Origin: Azolla caroliniana
Taxonomy: Eukaryota; Plantae; Polypodiophyta
DNA: 64,000 bases
Assembly: GCA_043228905.1 (NCBI GenBank)
Contig: JBHGNT010000003.1
Span: 22,692,001-22,756,000 of the forward strand
Direction of reading: 5' to 3'
The translations under genes and the position numbers were made by a program. The number at the start of each line of letters is the position of its first letter. The first letter of the stretch is position 1. Positions 38,101 to 50,541 of the stretch are shown here, one piece after another. Under the pieces are notes generated by a model. That model saw only the letters and a program-made list of their open reading frames with translations. It was not told where the DNA came from and did not search any database.

Positions 38101-39975
38101 TGGTGTAAACTTTAAAGTATTAATTCTGAGTTTAGATTCTTTATCAACTAGAGCACATTTCTAGTTCAGTTTTGAAAATCAGGAGAATATATATATACAT
38201 ATATATACAATTTGTCAAGTTTCTAACCACATGCATGTACAGAGTGTAATAAGGTCTTTCATGCATGATGCGATCCATCATCTTCTCTGCACTCATCAAG
38301 GTAAGCTCTTTCTGTTCCTCTTATCTCATTTGGTTCTCTTCAGGAAGTAATCTATCCAATTTGTCAAGTTTCTAACCACACGCATGTACAGAGTGTGGTG
38401 TAAACTTTAAAGTATTAATTCTGAGTTTAGATTCTTTATCAACTAGAGCACATTTCTAGTTCAGTTTTGAAAATCAGGAGAATATATATATACATATATA
38501 TACAATTTGTCAAGTTTCTAACCACATGCATGTACAGAGTGTAATAAGGTCTTTCATGCATGATGCGATCCATCATCTTCTCTGCACTCATCAAGGTAAG
38601 CTCTTTCTGTTCCTCTTATCTCATTTGGTTCTCTTCAGGAAGTAATCTATCCAATTTGTCAAGTTTCTAACCACACGCATGTACAGAGTGTGGTGTAAAC
38701 TTTAAAGTATTAATTCTGAGTTTAGATTCTTTATCAACTAGAGCACATTTCTAGTTCAGTTTTGAAAATCAGGAGAATATATATATACATATATATACAA
38801 TTTGTCAAGTTTCTAACCACATGCATGTACAGAGTGTAATAAGGTCTTTCATGCATGATGCGATCCATCATCTTCTCTGCACTCATCAAGGTAAGCTCTT
38901 TCTGTTCCTCTTATCTCATTTGGTTCTCTTCAGGAAGTAATCTATCCAATTTGTCAAGTTTCTAACCACACGCATGTACAGAGTGTGGTGTAAACTTTAA
39001 AGTATTAATTCTGAGTTTAGATTCTTTATCAACTAGAGCACATTTCTAGTTCAGTTTTGAAAATCAGGAGAATATATATATACATATATATACAATTTGT
39101 CAAGTTTCTAACCACATGCATGTACAGAGTGTAATAAGGTCTTTCATGCATGATGCGATCCATCATCTTCTCTGCACTCATCAAGGTAAGCTCTTTCTGT
39201 TCCTCTTATCTCATTTGGTTCTCTTCAGGAAGTAATCTATCCAATTTGTCAAGTTTCTAACCACACGCATGTACAGAGTGTGGTGTAAACTTTAAAGTAT
39301 TAATTCTGAGTTTAGATTCTTTATCAACTAGAGCACATTTCTAGTTCAGTTTTGAAAATCAGGAGAATATATATATACATATATATACAATTTGTCAAGT
39401 TTCTAACCACATGCATGTACAGAGTGTAATAAGGTCTTTCATGCATGATGCGATCCATCATCTTCTCTGCACTCATCAAGGTAAGCTCTTTCTGTTCCTC
39501 TTATCTCATTTGGTTCTCTTCAGGAAGTAATCTATCCAATTTGTCAAGTTTCTAACCACACGCATGTACAGAGTGTGGTGTAAACTTTAAAGTATTAATT
39601 CTGAGTTTAGATTCTTTATCAACTAGAGCACATTTCTAGTTCAGTTTTGAAAATCAGGAGAATATATATATACATATATATACAATTTGTCAAGTTTCTA
39701 ACCACATGCATGTACAGAGTGTAATAAGGTCTTTCATGCATGATGCGATCCATCATCTTCTCTGCACTCATCAAGGTAAGCTCTTTCTGTTCCTCTTATC
39801 TCATTTGGTTCTCTTCAGGAAGTAATCTATCCAATTTGTCAAGTTTCTAACCACACGCATGTACAGAGTGTAATAAGGTCTTTCATGCATGATGCGATCC
39901 ATAATCTTCTCTGCACTCATCAAGGTAAGCTCTTTCTGTTCCTCGATCTCATGTGTTTCTCTTCAGGAAGTAATC
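38101..39975. repeat. Tandem array: 6 apparently identical 295-bp units plus a diverged partial unit
   Basis: TGGTGTAAACTTTAAAG starts at 38101, 38396, 38691, 38986, 39281 and 39576. Each unit carries a 40-bp subrepeat twice. Confidence 0.97.
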
Positions 39976-40643
39976 GTTTTTTGCTCATACCCCGCCCCCT
40001 TAAAATAGTCCCCCCCCCCCCCCCCCCCTCTTTATTTGCTGCTAGATTTTTCCTCATTTCAGTATTTCTGTGATTTTCTGGAAGTAGAGCAAGTTAAAGT
40101 AAAATCCTCTGTTTTTTCCTTCTATTTATAAATCGTGCGATTACGAACTTTTCTTTGATTTTTTTGAGACATTAGTTTTTTTTTTCGATTTTACGTGATT
40201 TCGCTTCTACAAACCTGTCTCTGATTTTCTCTTTGCTCTCTAAGTTCTCAAGGAATTATGAATTTTTCTGTATAATTAATAATTTCTTGGACATTTGTGG
40301 CTCTGTAACACTTAACGAATTTCGGGTATTCTGTGTTTTAAGTATAAACTAATGATTTTATGGGATTTGTTTTTGGTTTTCAGCAAAGAATTTGAGTGAT
40401 TTGGTCATTTTCTCTGGATCTTAAATGCAAAAGAGAAGGAAAAAGAAGAAGAAGAAGGATTGATTATAGTACAGTTGATATAAGCCCTGTTTTGTTTAAA
40501 AGGAAAGCAAAAAGATAAGAAGGAAAAGGATTCATCCAAAATTTCCAGTGAATAGAAAAATAAATCGAATGGAAGATTTCGGAAGAGAAATATTTCAACT
40601 TGTATTTGTTTCCAAATTGATCAAAGCATAGTGGGGTTTGAAA

Positions 40644-42975
40644 ATGGAGAGATATTCTGATTTGAACACAAATGATGAACTTCTTGAGTTTTTACAACTC
40701 GAACAAGAGTTTGAATCCGAAGAGGCATTGAAAGAGACATCCCATGGCAATTCACTGTGTAACAACACTCGATGTCTAGAAGGAATTAAAATTCAAGACA
40801 CTGTGGGATCATGTGTAAAGGTTAGTACCAAATCCTTTCTTTTCATGTTTTATGTAGCATGAACTCTTAGATATTTGTTGTATCTATGCTTGATATAGTT
40901 TCTTTTTCAATGTTGTTACCTAGTTATTTATGACATATGGAGGCATCATTTTAAAAAAAAAATGTTTCTTTGTTATCAGACATTTTATCAGTCCTTATTT
41001 GGATGAAAATAAAAAATTTGCTTGTGTCATTGGTCAAATTTGGTCTCTTGAACACGTGAATATAACGTTTTCATTTTGTTTTTGATTTCTCACATGCGCG
41101 ACTTTCTACATTATTCTGTTTACTTGAAAAGAAAAATCATTTTATTATAAGAAACATACCTAAAGAATCCATATGTTGTGTAATTTTTTGTGGCATGATG
41201 GTGTGTGGAAAACCATGTGTAATGTAACAAAACTTCAGAGAGTTTAATTAGCATAATCTGCTTCTCTCCATCCCTCTCTCTTATGATAGATCGTTCGAAA
41301 AGGAAAACAAAAGTTGAAGGACAGAGAAGAGCAAAGAAACTTACTTGCAATGAAGCTGAGGGAACCCAATGCAATGCATTGACGGTACTAGGTAGATTAT
41401 TTTATGACATGTTCAAGTTCCATTTACTCAGGGAACAGCTCTCCTGGGAAAAATCAATAGTAATATGAATAGAGAGAATGGTGGGGATTTGAACTAGAAG
41501 GCTCTTGATATTCATAAACAATCTTGAATGTTTTTTTGGCGAATTTTACCTAGTGGTGTCATATTAAATCAACAGAGAAAAGAAATGCAACTTGTCTTTC
41601 ACACACACGAGAAGTTTTTTTGCGAATTTTACCTAGTGGTAACCAAGATAGGCATATACGAGAAGAATAAGTGCATAGACCACACGTAAGAAAATCACAC
41701 ACAAACTTTCTTGAAGGGAATCTTGTTTTCCAGTGAAGTATTTTACTCAAAACTAGATGAAAAGATTACTCAAAACTTGGAAGAACCTGGGGATGGGAGA
41801 ATGAAATCATATCAGATCAATATAGAGTTTTAGAAGGACAAATGTGGATTGATTGGCTATAACACTCGTGCCTTAGATTTTCTAATATATGTGGGTGCCA
41901 GTTTTGTTCAGAAAATGCTCACAGACCTGAATTTGGAAATTATGTTGTGAATCATTCACTACCAACATCCATCTGATGTTGCTATGCTTGTTGGTGTGAG
42001 TCCCTCAATGCAATGATATTATGTTCTCACAAACATGAACTATATGCTATTACTCACAAGAAGTAATTCGTCACGTATAATTTGAATGAATTCTTGCAAA
42101 ATGAGCTTAATCCATGAAGAAGATGGGTGAAAACAATGGTAGGTTATGAGTCCCTGAGTGATAAATTTTTTGGTCATCAAAGCATTATAAAGAAGTGGTA
42201 CGATGTTTTAAATTAGATATGATTACTCTTCTATGAATCTTAATTCATATTAATTATGTATTCTCTCCTTTATGATTAGGTAATGGAGGACCACAGGAAT
42301 GACTATAAAAAGATAGCGAGTGGCATTCATGATTCTGCTTCTAGAAGTAGAGTTTTGCGATCTTCATATCTCTGTAAGGAACAAGGATATCCTACTCTTG
42401 TTTCGCATCAGAAATCGATTTCCAAACTCAGACATGGATTGAGAGGTGATATATCGGATGGTGTACGTACAAATTTAGTTGCAAACAATAAAGCCATGAA
42501 GCAGGGACCATCAACGCCATTGACTGTGAGGCAATCAAGATCAAACTTCTCTGTCCCGCAACCGTTTAATCTCTACACAGAAAAGCGGACCTTGGCCGGA
42601 TATGCACGTGCGGATGGTAGATATGGCCAACAAATACAAGAGTCTCAATTAAATGTGTGTGGTGATCAATCTTCAGAAACTTATGTAAATCTTCTGACAA
42701 TAGAATTAATGAAAAGTATAACTTGAATCAGATTTGGAAAGTTTTCTAAATGTTATGATTGCTCAATTGTTGGCTTTGTAACAGGTTTCTAGGAATTTCA
42801 ACACAAATTTATCTATGGCAAAGTCAGAGGCTAGCACGTAAGTGCCCATGAGTGAGTAAATACTTGGCTTGCATCTCATTATTTGGTAAGCTTTTACATA
42901 GATGGGTATCTATTTTAATATAGGAATTTCTAGGACATTTTGTCTTTATGTTTTTTATTTGAAATTCTCGAGACC

Positions 42976-43012
<37 letters not shown>

Positions 43013-44761
43013 CTGATGTTCTACTAGACTTCTAAAATGAAATAATACGGGACACTGCAGTTGAAGCTTCTCCCATTTGCTTGTGATATTGTCAATTCTA
43101 TTAAATATTATAGTTTATATTTATCATTTTCTTTCTTATTATTTCACACCACACAAACAAACATTAGTTTTTTGTTCTTATCCTATGTAGACATTTCATC
43201 CTATTGCAGATATCAGATACTGAAGCAATTTTCATTTTGTGGAAACACCGAACATGAAGATGATGATATTGTCTCAGTTTCATCGATGTATCCTTCAAAT
43301 ATATTTTGGTATCTTTTCTTAGCTGCTAATCATATAGAAGTTGGATTCTTATATAAAATATTTACCTTGTGTAGGCAATCCAGACAGAGCTCCATTACAC
43401 CCAAAGCAAAAGCTTCAAAGTTTACAAGTACAAATGGATTCAAGTTCCAATCTGATGCGCGAGCTGAGAAAAGAAAAGAGGTGCACATATATTAAGTACT
43501 CACTTGTTCAACAGTTATTCATACTGTAAAAGGTCTCAACTTGAACTAAACGGGATTGTGGTCGTTACACAGTTCTACTCAAAACTACAAGAAAAGGTCA
43601 GCTTAAAGGAAAAGGAGAAAACACAAATGCAAGCTAAGATAAAGGTTTTTCTCTGTCTTTTTTATGTATCAAATATTAAATATTTTTATATCTATATTGT
43701 GTTCCAAATTTTATCTATCTTGAGGTCTTCAGATATTTTTTGAGTGTCATAATTTATCAATCAATCTATCATTTGGCATTTATCTTTATATGTCTATTTA
43801 TCTGATCTTTTGTATATCAAATTGATCTCTATCTATCAACAACTTCAAGAAAAAAAAGATTGCTAATAATTAGTTTTCCTGTTATGAGTTTTGGGTACAG
43901 AAGGAGGATGAAGAAGAACTAAAACAGTTGCGAAGGAGTCTTACATTTAAGGCATCTCCAATGCCGAGCTTTTATCATGAGGGAACAAAAACTCCGAAAC
44001 TCCATCGTCCAAAGGTAACCACATTTATCTCTCTGTTACTTTCTCACTCATATGAATGATTCTCATTGGTGACATTCATCCAAACCTTGGAGACTCACGT
44101 GCCAGACTGATTTTATAGACTACAAATGAAAGAACTTGAGTTCTAAGTTATATTAGTCTTAAATAAACCATAATATCAGGATAAAAGAAGAGAGAAATCT
44201 AGTGGAATAGATTTAAATCTTATAATATGTTTCAATGGTAATTGGACTCAAATTAATCTTTTGATAGAAATTAGAAAATTTCAAACATGAAGCTATTAAA
44301 AATGTTCTGGGGATGCGGGTTCTACTGCTTGTGTACAGATTCCAACAACACAAGCTAGATCACCAAAAATTTCTACACGACACAGCTATTCTGGAGTCCA
44401 AAGTGGGCTGTACAATGCTATTGGGCTTTGTGAAATAGAAGAGAGTGCAAGTAAGAATGTAACATATAACCCAAACAAAGTGTGGAATCATCAATCTTTG
44501 TTAACACGTAAATCTCCATCAATTACTAACACCTCAAAGATGCTAAGTTCACAAACTGGTCGGCTGTCTAGTTTAGTATTGGATGATATAAGAGTTAAAG
44601 AGAGAGACCCATTAACTACTACTATTAGTCCATTGATTGTTTCATCTGATCTTTTCATTCGCAATGAAGAAGAACATATTGCTCATGTGCATATGGGGGT
44701 GACAAACTTTTCTCAACATGATGAAGCCAAGCATCCAAAAGTGAACAGTTTGGAAAGATAA
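40644..44761 (+). CDS. WVD2-like (WDL) TPX2-domain microtubule-associated protein
   Basis: Exons ~40644-40820, 42280-42684, 42785-42837, 43210-43287, 43375 or 43384-43480, 43573-43644, 43901-44014, 44339-44761. Motifs SVPQPFNLYTEKR, FKFQSDARAEKRKEFYSKLQEK (KLEEK-like), LKQLRRSLTFKASPMPSFY and IPTTQARSPK. The N-terminal exons are less certain. Confidence 0.88.
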
Positions 44762-47700
44762 TGGCAGTGCTTCCTCGACAAGGCACAGTAGTCAAAATCA
44801 ACATAGAAATGAAGTGAAGATTCATGGTGATGCCGATGAAAGGATAATGTTTGCCAAATGCAAACAAGATGAAAAAATGAGATGGTAAAATTCAATGCTT
44901 GGGTCGTGGATCGGTAACATGAAGAGAGGTGAGGCATATGAAAATGGAGCAAATAGAAGACATTTGGCTCCATGCTTTAGTAGATCCTAGAGCATGAGTT
45001 ACACACCCATGTAATTAGAATGCTACAGTAGAACTTGAAAATAGAAAACTACAATAGAAATTCAAGTTGCAAATTCATAAAGGGTGGAGGATGGCCAATT
45101 TTCAGCTTATTTCCCTAACCCATAATTCCTGATTTAACCCACTTGATCCCTAAACACCATATTTTTGTTCATATGTCAAATAATTATTGGCTTGTAAATG
45201 TAAACACTAATTTGTTCATTTAACCCCAAATCCTAATTTGGTTTTTTAATCCACATTTAACCTTTAATTTTGTCACCAAACATAGGAATTGGCAACAGTT
45301 TGGTTTGACCCAAACTAAACTTCAAAACTGTGGCCAAACAACTTAATTAGCTTGGTTTGGTTTAGGTTTAGAAATTTGTAAATGGTTCAGTTTGGCTTGG
45401 GGTTTCAAGAGTTTGATTTGGTTTGGCTTGGTTTGAAACATTATTGGCCTAGCAATTTGCAGTTCATTCGGCTTCAAATTGTGGCTTAAATGGCTTAGTG
45501 ATTATGGCGACATTTTTGAAATGTTTATTATATATATAAATTATGTAATATATGCCATGAAACTTTATCTTTTAACCCAAATAATTCTTCTAAGTTTTAG
45601 TTTCCAAATAATAACTCTTTTAACAATTTGGTTCAAGCTGAAATTGAACTGCAAAACGTGGCTTAATGACTTAACAGTGTTTGGATCGCTTGAACTGTTT
45701 GGTTTGAGATTTAAAATCCCTTCAGGTTTTGTTTTAATGTTTCACAGTTTGGTTTTAAGTGAAAAGCCATGAAATTTAATGGTTGTAGATTTTAAGCCTA
45801 AACATCGATAGATTTAAAACTTGAAACTAAAAGATTGTAAACTCAACATCACCTTAATTCAATTCCCTTTGTTGATCCCTAAAGTTTGTTCCAAATGATT
45901 ACTCACTTAAAAGTAATTCACATCTTGGTTCTTTTTGAATTACAGAATTGAAGAAAAAAATGCAAATGAACTATTATAACAATCCTGGTCTTTTATTGAT
46001 GCTGAGTATTTATACTCAGGAGCAAATGTAAAGAGATCTAAACACGCTGTTTTAGGAATCCTCATCCGCCTATCAAGAAATGTAAAATAAAAAGGTATTA
46101 TTACAATCTCGCTCTTATTTTGGTGATTTGTATCAGAGTTATTAGTAATTACATTATTATTAATAATAAGATATTATCACTTATTACATTGCAAATGGTA
46201 CAAACCCGTGACGAATTTCAGAAAAGCATGTGCTGTAATTTGTGAGTGCATTTAACAATGATTTTTTTGTCATGGGAGATGAAGCAAATAACAATTGTTT
46301 TCTCTTTTAACGTTTTTCTGTTTTCATTGTGGAAATATTGACCCCTTCATGATGCTTGGAATCTTTTAAATTGGAAGTCCAAATTGTACACATTGATTTT
46401 TCTTCCTCCTAGACATGATTCTCGTTTGTCTTTTTAATGGTTATATGATATATCATATTTGTGGAAACGTTCATGTCAAGCAAACAAAATACATGGATGT
46501 GGAGACCATGGCCATTTCGAAAACGTCTTTCTTCATTTTATAGTCGAGACAATGTTTCTAGCCTAGGTCTTGCAAGGGAGCTATGATGCCTATTTTTGTT
46601 TGATACTTTTGTGGGTACATTTCATATATGTAGCTACTACAAATGTCTGCATGCAAAAATCCAACCAACCAGTTATTTGTTTTGTTTTTTAAGGTTGTAT
46701 GTATTATATAAATCTAGATGACATTATCAGTACTTATATTCAAGTTTGCATTTTTGGATCTCTAATACTTCCACCAAGTCGATATCATGCAAGGAAAAGA
46801 TTGCTCCATATTGTGTGCCAATGATGTGCTTGACAACCAAACTATACATACCATCTCAAAAATTCGAGAATGGCATTGATTGCGAGATAGATGCATGTGT
46901 GGGTGGGGTGTGATGATCATGATAGAAAAGCATTATCAAGGGCCTACCTATCACATATTTACAAATCCCCATCAAGTAATATTCCATAAATAATAGCCTA
47001 AATTAAAACATCCTATAAACATTATTATCAAGAGAATTAAGTTGAATGGAAGGAGTTTGGTTTTTGGGGTAAAAAAAGGATAATTAAGTTGGAACGTATT
47101 TTTAATTGTGTTTTATGGTCAGTGCGCACATAAGACATGATATAAAAGACAAAACCAAAGGTTTTGTAAACCCAGTAGATCAATAACTAATCATTTGAGG
47201 CTGATTCATGTGTTGATCTGAACCAAGAAAATCAATCATAATTCTACTTAATATCAATTGTAACTCTATATACTATAAATTATCTAAATCACAATGGATT
47301 GAAATCTATATAAATTACATATATATGGCCCAAGGATATTTGTAAAGCCATTGTACAACGCTTCGCAAGAGCAAGGCCAAATTTATGGATAATTTTAGCC
47401 CAACACAATTGGATAACCATTTTATATTATACATGCAAAATAATGTATTTGTGAGATGAATCCACCAACAACATTATTGTCTTAAAAGTATTGAAGTAAC
47501 TGAAGAATCGAAAAGAGTGGAAAGTAATCTTATTTATGTACAAAGAAAGAGCAGAAATATGCAAAAGAAAGGTAAGAAACAGGGTCCAGTAAAGAATCCA
47601 TAATGATATGATATGATGAAATCGATTGATATCTCTCTCTCTATATATGTGTATGTATGTATGTATGTATGTATAGAATTAGGAGAAGAAGAAAACCATG

Positions 47701-50389
47701 TAGTGGGCTACTTTGAAGCATGTACAAGAGAAGGAAAGGAAGAAGAGAGAATAGAGAAGAGACTTCACGTCCATTTTGGAGAGAGAGAGAGACAGAGAAA
47801 GTGTTAATTTCTTCTCTTTCTTTTGAGCTATGGCTATGGAGACAACCCCCTGCTCTTCTTCTTCTTCTTCTTCTTCTTCTCCTTTCCTTCTTCTCCTTCT
47901 TCATCCACAAGTATTTATAATAATAAGAATAACAATGGGTTTTCATAGTATTTCTTCTTCTTCAATTATTGGGGGATGCTTAATAATAATACATAGTCAT
48001 TGATTTGGGGGTGGGGTCTTTGTGAAAACCTGGACAAATCTTGTGTGTGGATGGATACCTGGCCTTTGAGAACACGAACTTTTCTCTTTCTCGTCCGACC
48101 ATATCTTAACTTATCCGCCTCCGGCCCCAAAATGCCGAAAACGTATAAAGATACACGCGTGCATTGGTCGGCTAATGCCAAAGATATATTGTGGCACAAA
48201 CGTGCATTGGTCGGCTAAAACCTACTTAATGCACAAGCTTGCCTTTCCGAGCCGACTTTTGCCCTTCTATGAACTCGGACAATAGTTTTATGGCAATTCC
48301 TTATTCATTCATAAACTCTTACCTTTTACTGAAATTTTATATACGCTTGTAAAAGAATGGGTTCACAAAGCATATCTGGAAGAGGAAAAACAAGTGTTTG
48401 TTTGTTGTGCATGGCCTTTCCCCATCTTTGAGGAGACTTGACCAACCTTGTCTTCACATTTTTGGCATAGTAGACTTCGAGATGGACAAACGACTCCCCA
48501 AACACGTAAGAATCATCCCACTTGGGCTCCAGGAGGGTGGATTTGCCTGATCCTTTAAAACAAAAGAATGATTCCACATCCCTATCCATGAATGGTTCCA
48601 CATTCCAATCCTTCCCTAGTTGTTCTCATCTCCTTATCCAATAATTGCTATTATTATGGCACAATACACATCAACCTTCCAAATTTGGGAGGTTTTTGGG
48701 TCAAAGGCGGACCTTAATAATTGGTTGAGTTTGCTTTTTCCATGGATGAGATTGTAGGAAACTATGGTATAACACCACATTTTGTTATAGGAGTTTCGTA
48801 TAAAATAGCAACACATGATCTCAAGTTTTGATTGGTGGAAATTGTGGATCACCAAACAATGGGTAGATCACTCAACATGGTAACCACTTGCACCCCCTAG
48901 AAGGGCTTGTGTCCTTGGTCTATGATGATGCTTAACATTTTACTTATCTTTGTATACGACCAACCTCTTGGTCATGTAAATATAAAACCCATTTGCAAAT
49001 TCTAATATGAGAATTGCACTTCCCGTCCAAAAAACTACGACAATCCGTTTGGGTTGCAACATCAATGTTGTGGGGATTTTACATTATTGTAAGAATTAAT
49101 TTATTATCCAAGAAAACAATTGTGTTTATTGATGTAACATTTGATTAAATCTATCTTTTCCGAAACAAAATGATTTGTAGTAAAAGTATTATGGTGCAAA
49201 CACAATATCTTTGTCTTAATTGGTGAATGAATTTAAAAGTTCTTAAACTCATTAACGTTCCCAAAATTCCTACTTGCTATGGAGGTACTAAAATATATGG
49301 TGTCTATTAAGTAACATGACCTTGCAAGGATATGGCAACTATGCCAATGTGGAAATTAATGGTAGATTATATGTGACCGCTTACATTCCTAGCAAAACAA
49401 CATTTGTTGTAAATTCTATCATCAATAATGTAGGACCAAGTAGGAATTGGATAAAAGCAATCCTAATCCACAATTAGGATTGGTGGGGTACCTAAAGCCA
49501 CAAAGAAATACCATCGACATCACATGGAAAGTGATCATACTAATCTGAAGACGAATAGCAACAATGTTGGATTTTGATACCTTGAAGAAGAATAGGCTTG
49601 TCAACTCTCTCATGAAGAGGGCTACAAAGCTGAAAAACAAGTCTTGCATCATATATTCAAGGTTATGACAAGCTTGCAATGCATTTTGCAAAAAGATAAG
49701 GGGAATATAAAAAGGAAAACATGGGCATTGAGTAGTATATGTAAAAAATGTGTATTGGTTCATCAATTGTCTCTAACCAATAAGCCTTGCAACATTAATC
49801 AACATGAAAAAAAAAAATGGAACTTTGAGAAGGACTTTTGATGGCATCATAGAAGAAGCAAAACTCAAGAGAACGTCACAGTCAAGAATGACCCCTTGAA
49901 ACAGTCGAGAACCATGACTAGTCAAAACCTCCTCAAAGGTAGAGATTGTCGTTTCCATTTGTCTCTACATCATCCCCTTCCATGATCCTAGTCATGGGCA
50001 TAAACAATTGAATAGGAACATTTGTTGATGGAAATAATGTCATAATCTGTAGTTATAATAACCTATGAGGCTTAGTGTTTCCAATCTAAAATAGTGTTGA
50101 TGGCCAAATGTATGTAACAGACATTAGCATGTTCTAATTTTGGGATGCTACTATTTATTAAGTAAGAATGGTTAATGGCATATAGGTTTGTTACATAAAA
50201 GGAACCCTTTAGGGTTTCCAAATTGTATAAGAGGCAACACTCTCGTGTAAAAAAGGTCTCTTGGTGCCATCTACGTTTTGGTTCTCATTCTCTCCCTTTT
50301 GCCTCCACTAAGAGCCACTTTTCTCCATACACTTGCCTCCATATAGCTTTTTCAAACTAATTAATTCATGAAATACATGCATCTTACTT

Positions 50390-50541
50390 AGTAATTATCT
50401 ACTTAACTGAGACACCTCCTATTTTTTTATGTAGTAATTATCTACTTAATTAAGACACATCCTATTTTTTTATGTAGTATATATCTACTTAATTGAGACA
50501 CCTCCTATTTTAATTGTGTAGTAATTATCTATTTAATTAAG
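50390..50541. repeat. 43-bp tandem repeat x3.5
   Basis: AGTAATTATCTACTTAATTRAGACACCTCCTATTTTTTTATGT repeated. Confidence 0.85.

Noticed and set aside
38101-39975. CRISPR-like array (40-bp repeat with ~108-bp spacers) or snoRNA cluster
   Set aside because: The spacers are just two alternating identical sequences, the context is eukaryotic, and there are no cas genes. No convincing C/D or H/ACA boxes with terminal stems.
41290-41383. Additional WDL coding exon
   Set aside because: It has AG/GT borders, but its open frame is out of phase with the preceding exon (the phase-0 reading hits TGA), so it was left out of the model.
45280-45860. MITE or hAT remnant with GGTTT-rich subterminal motifs
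   Set aside because: No TIR or TSD pair could be identified.
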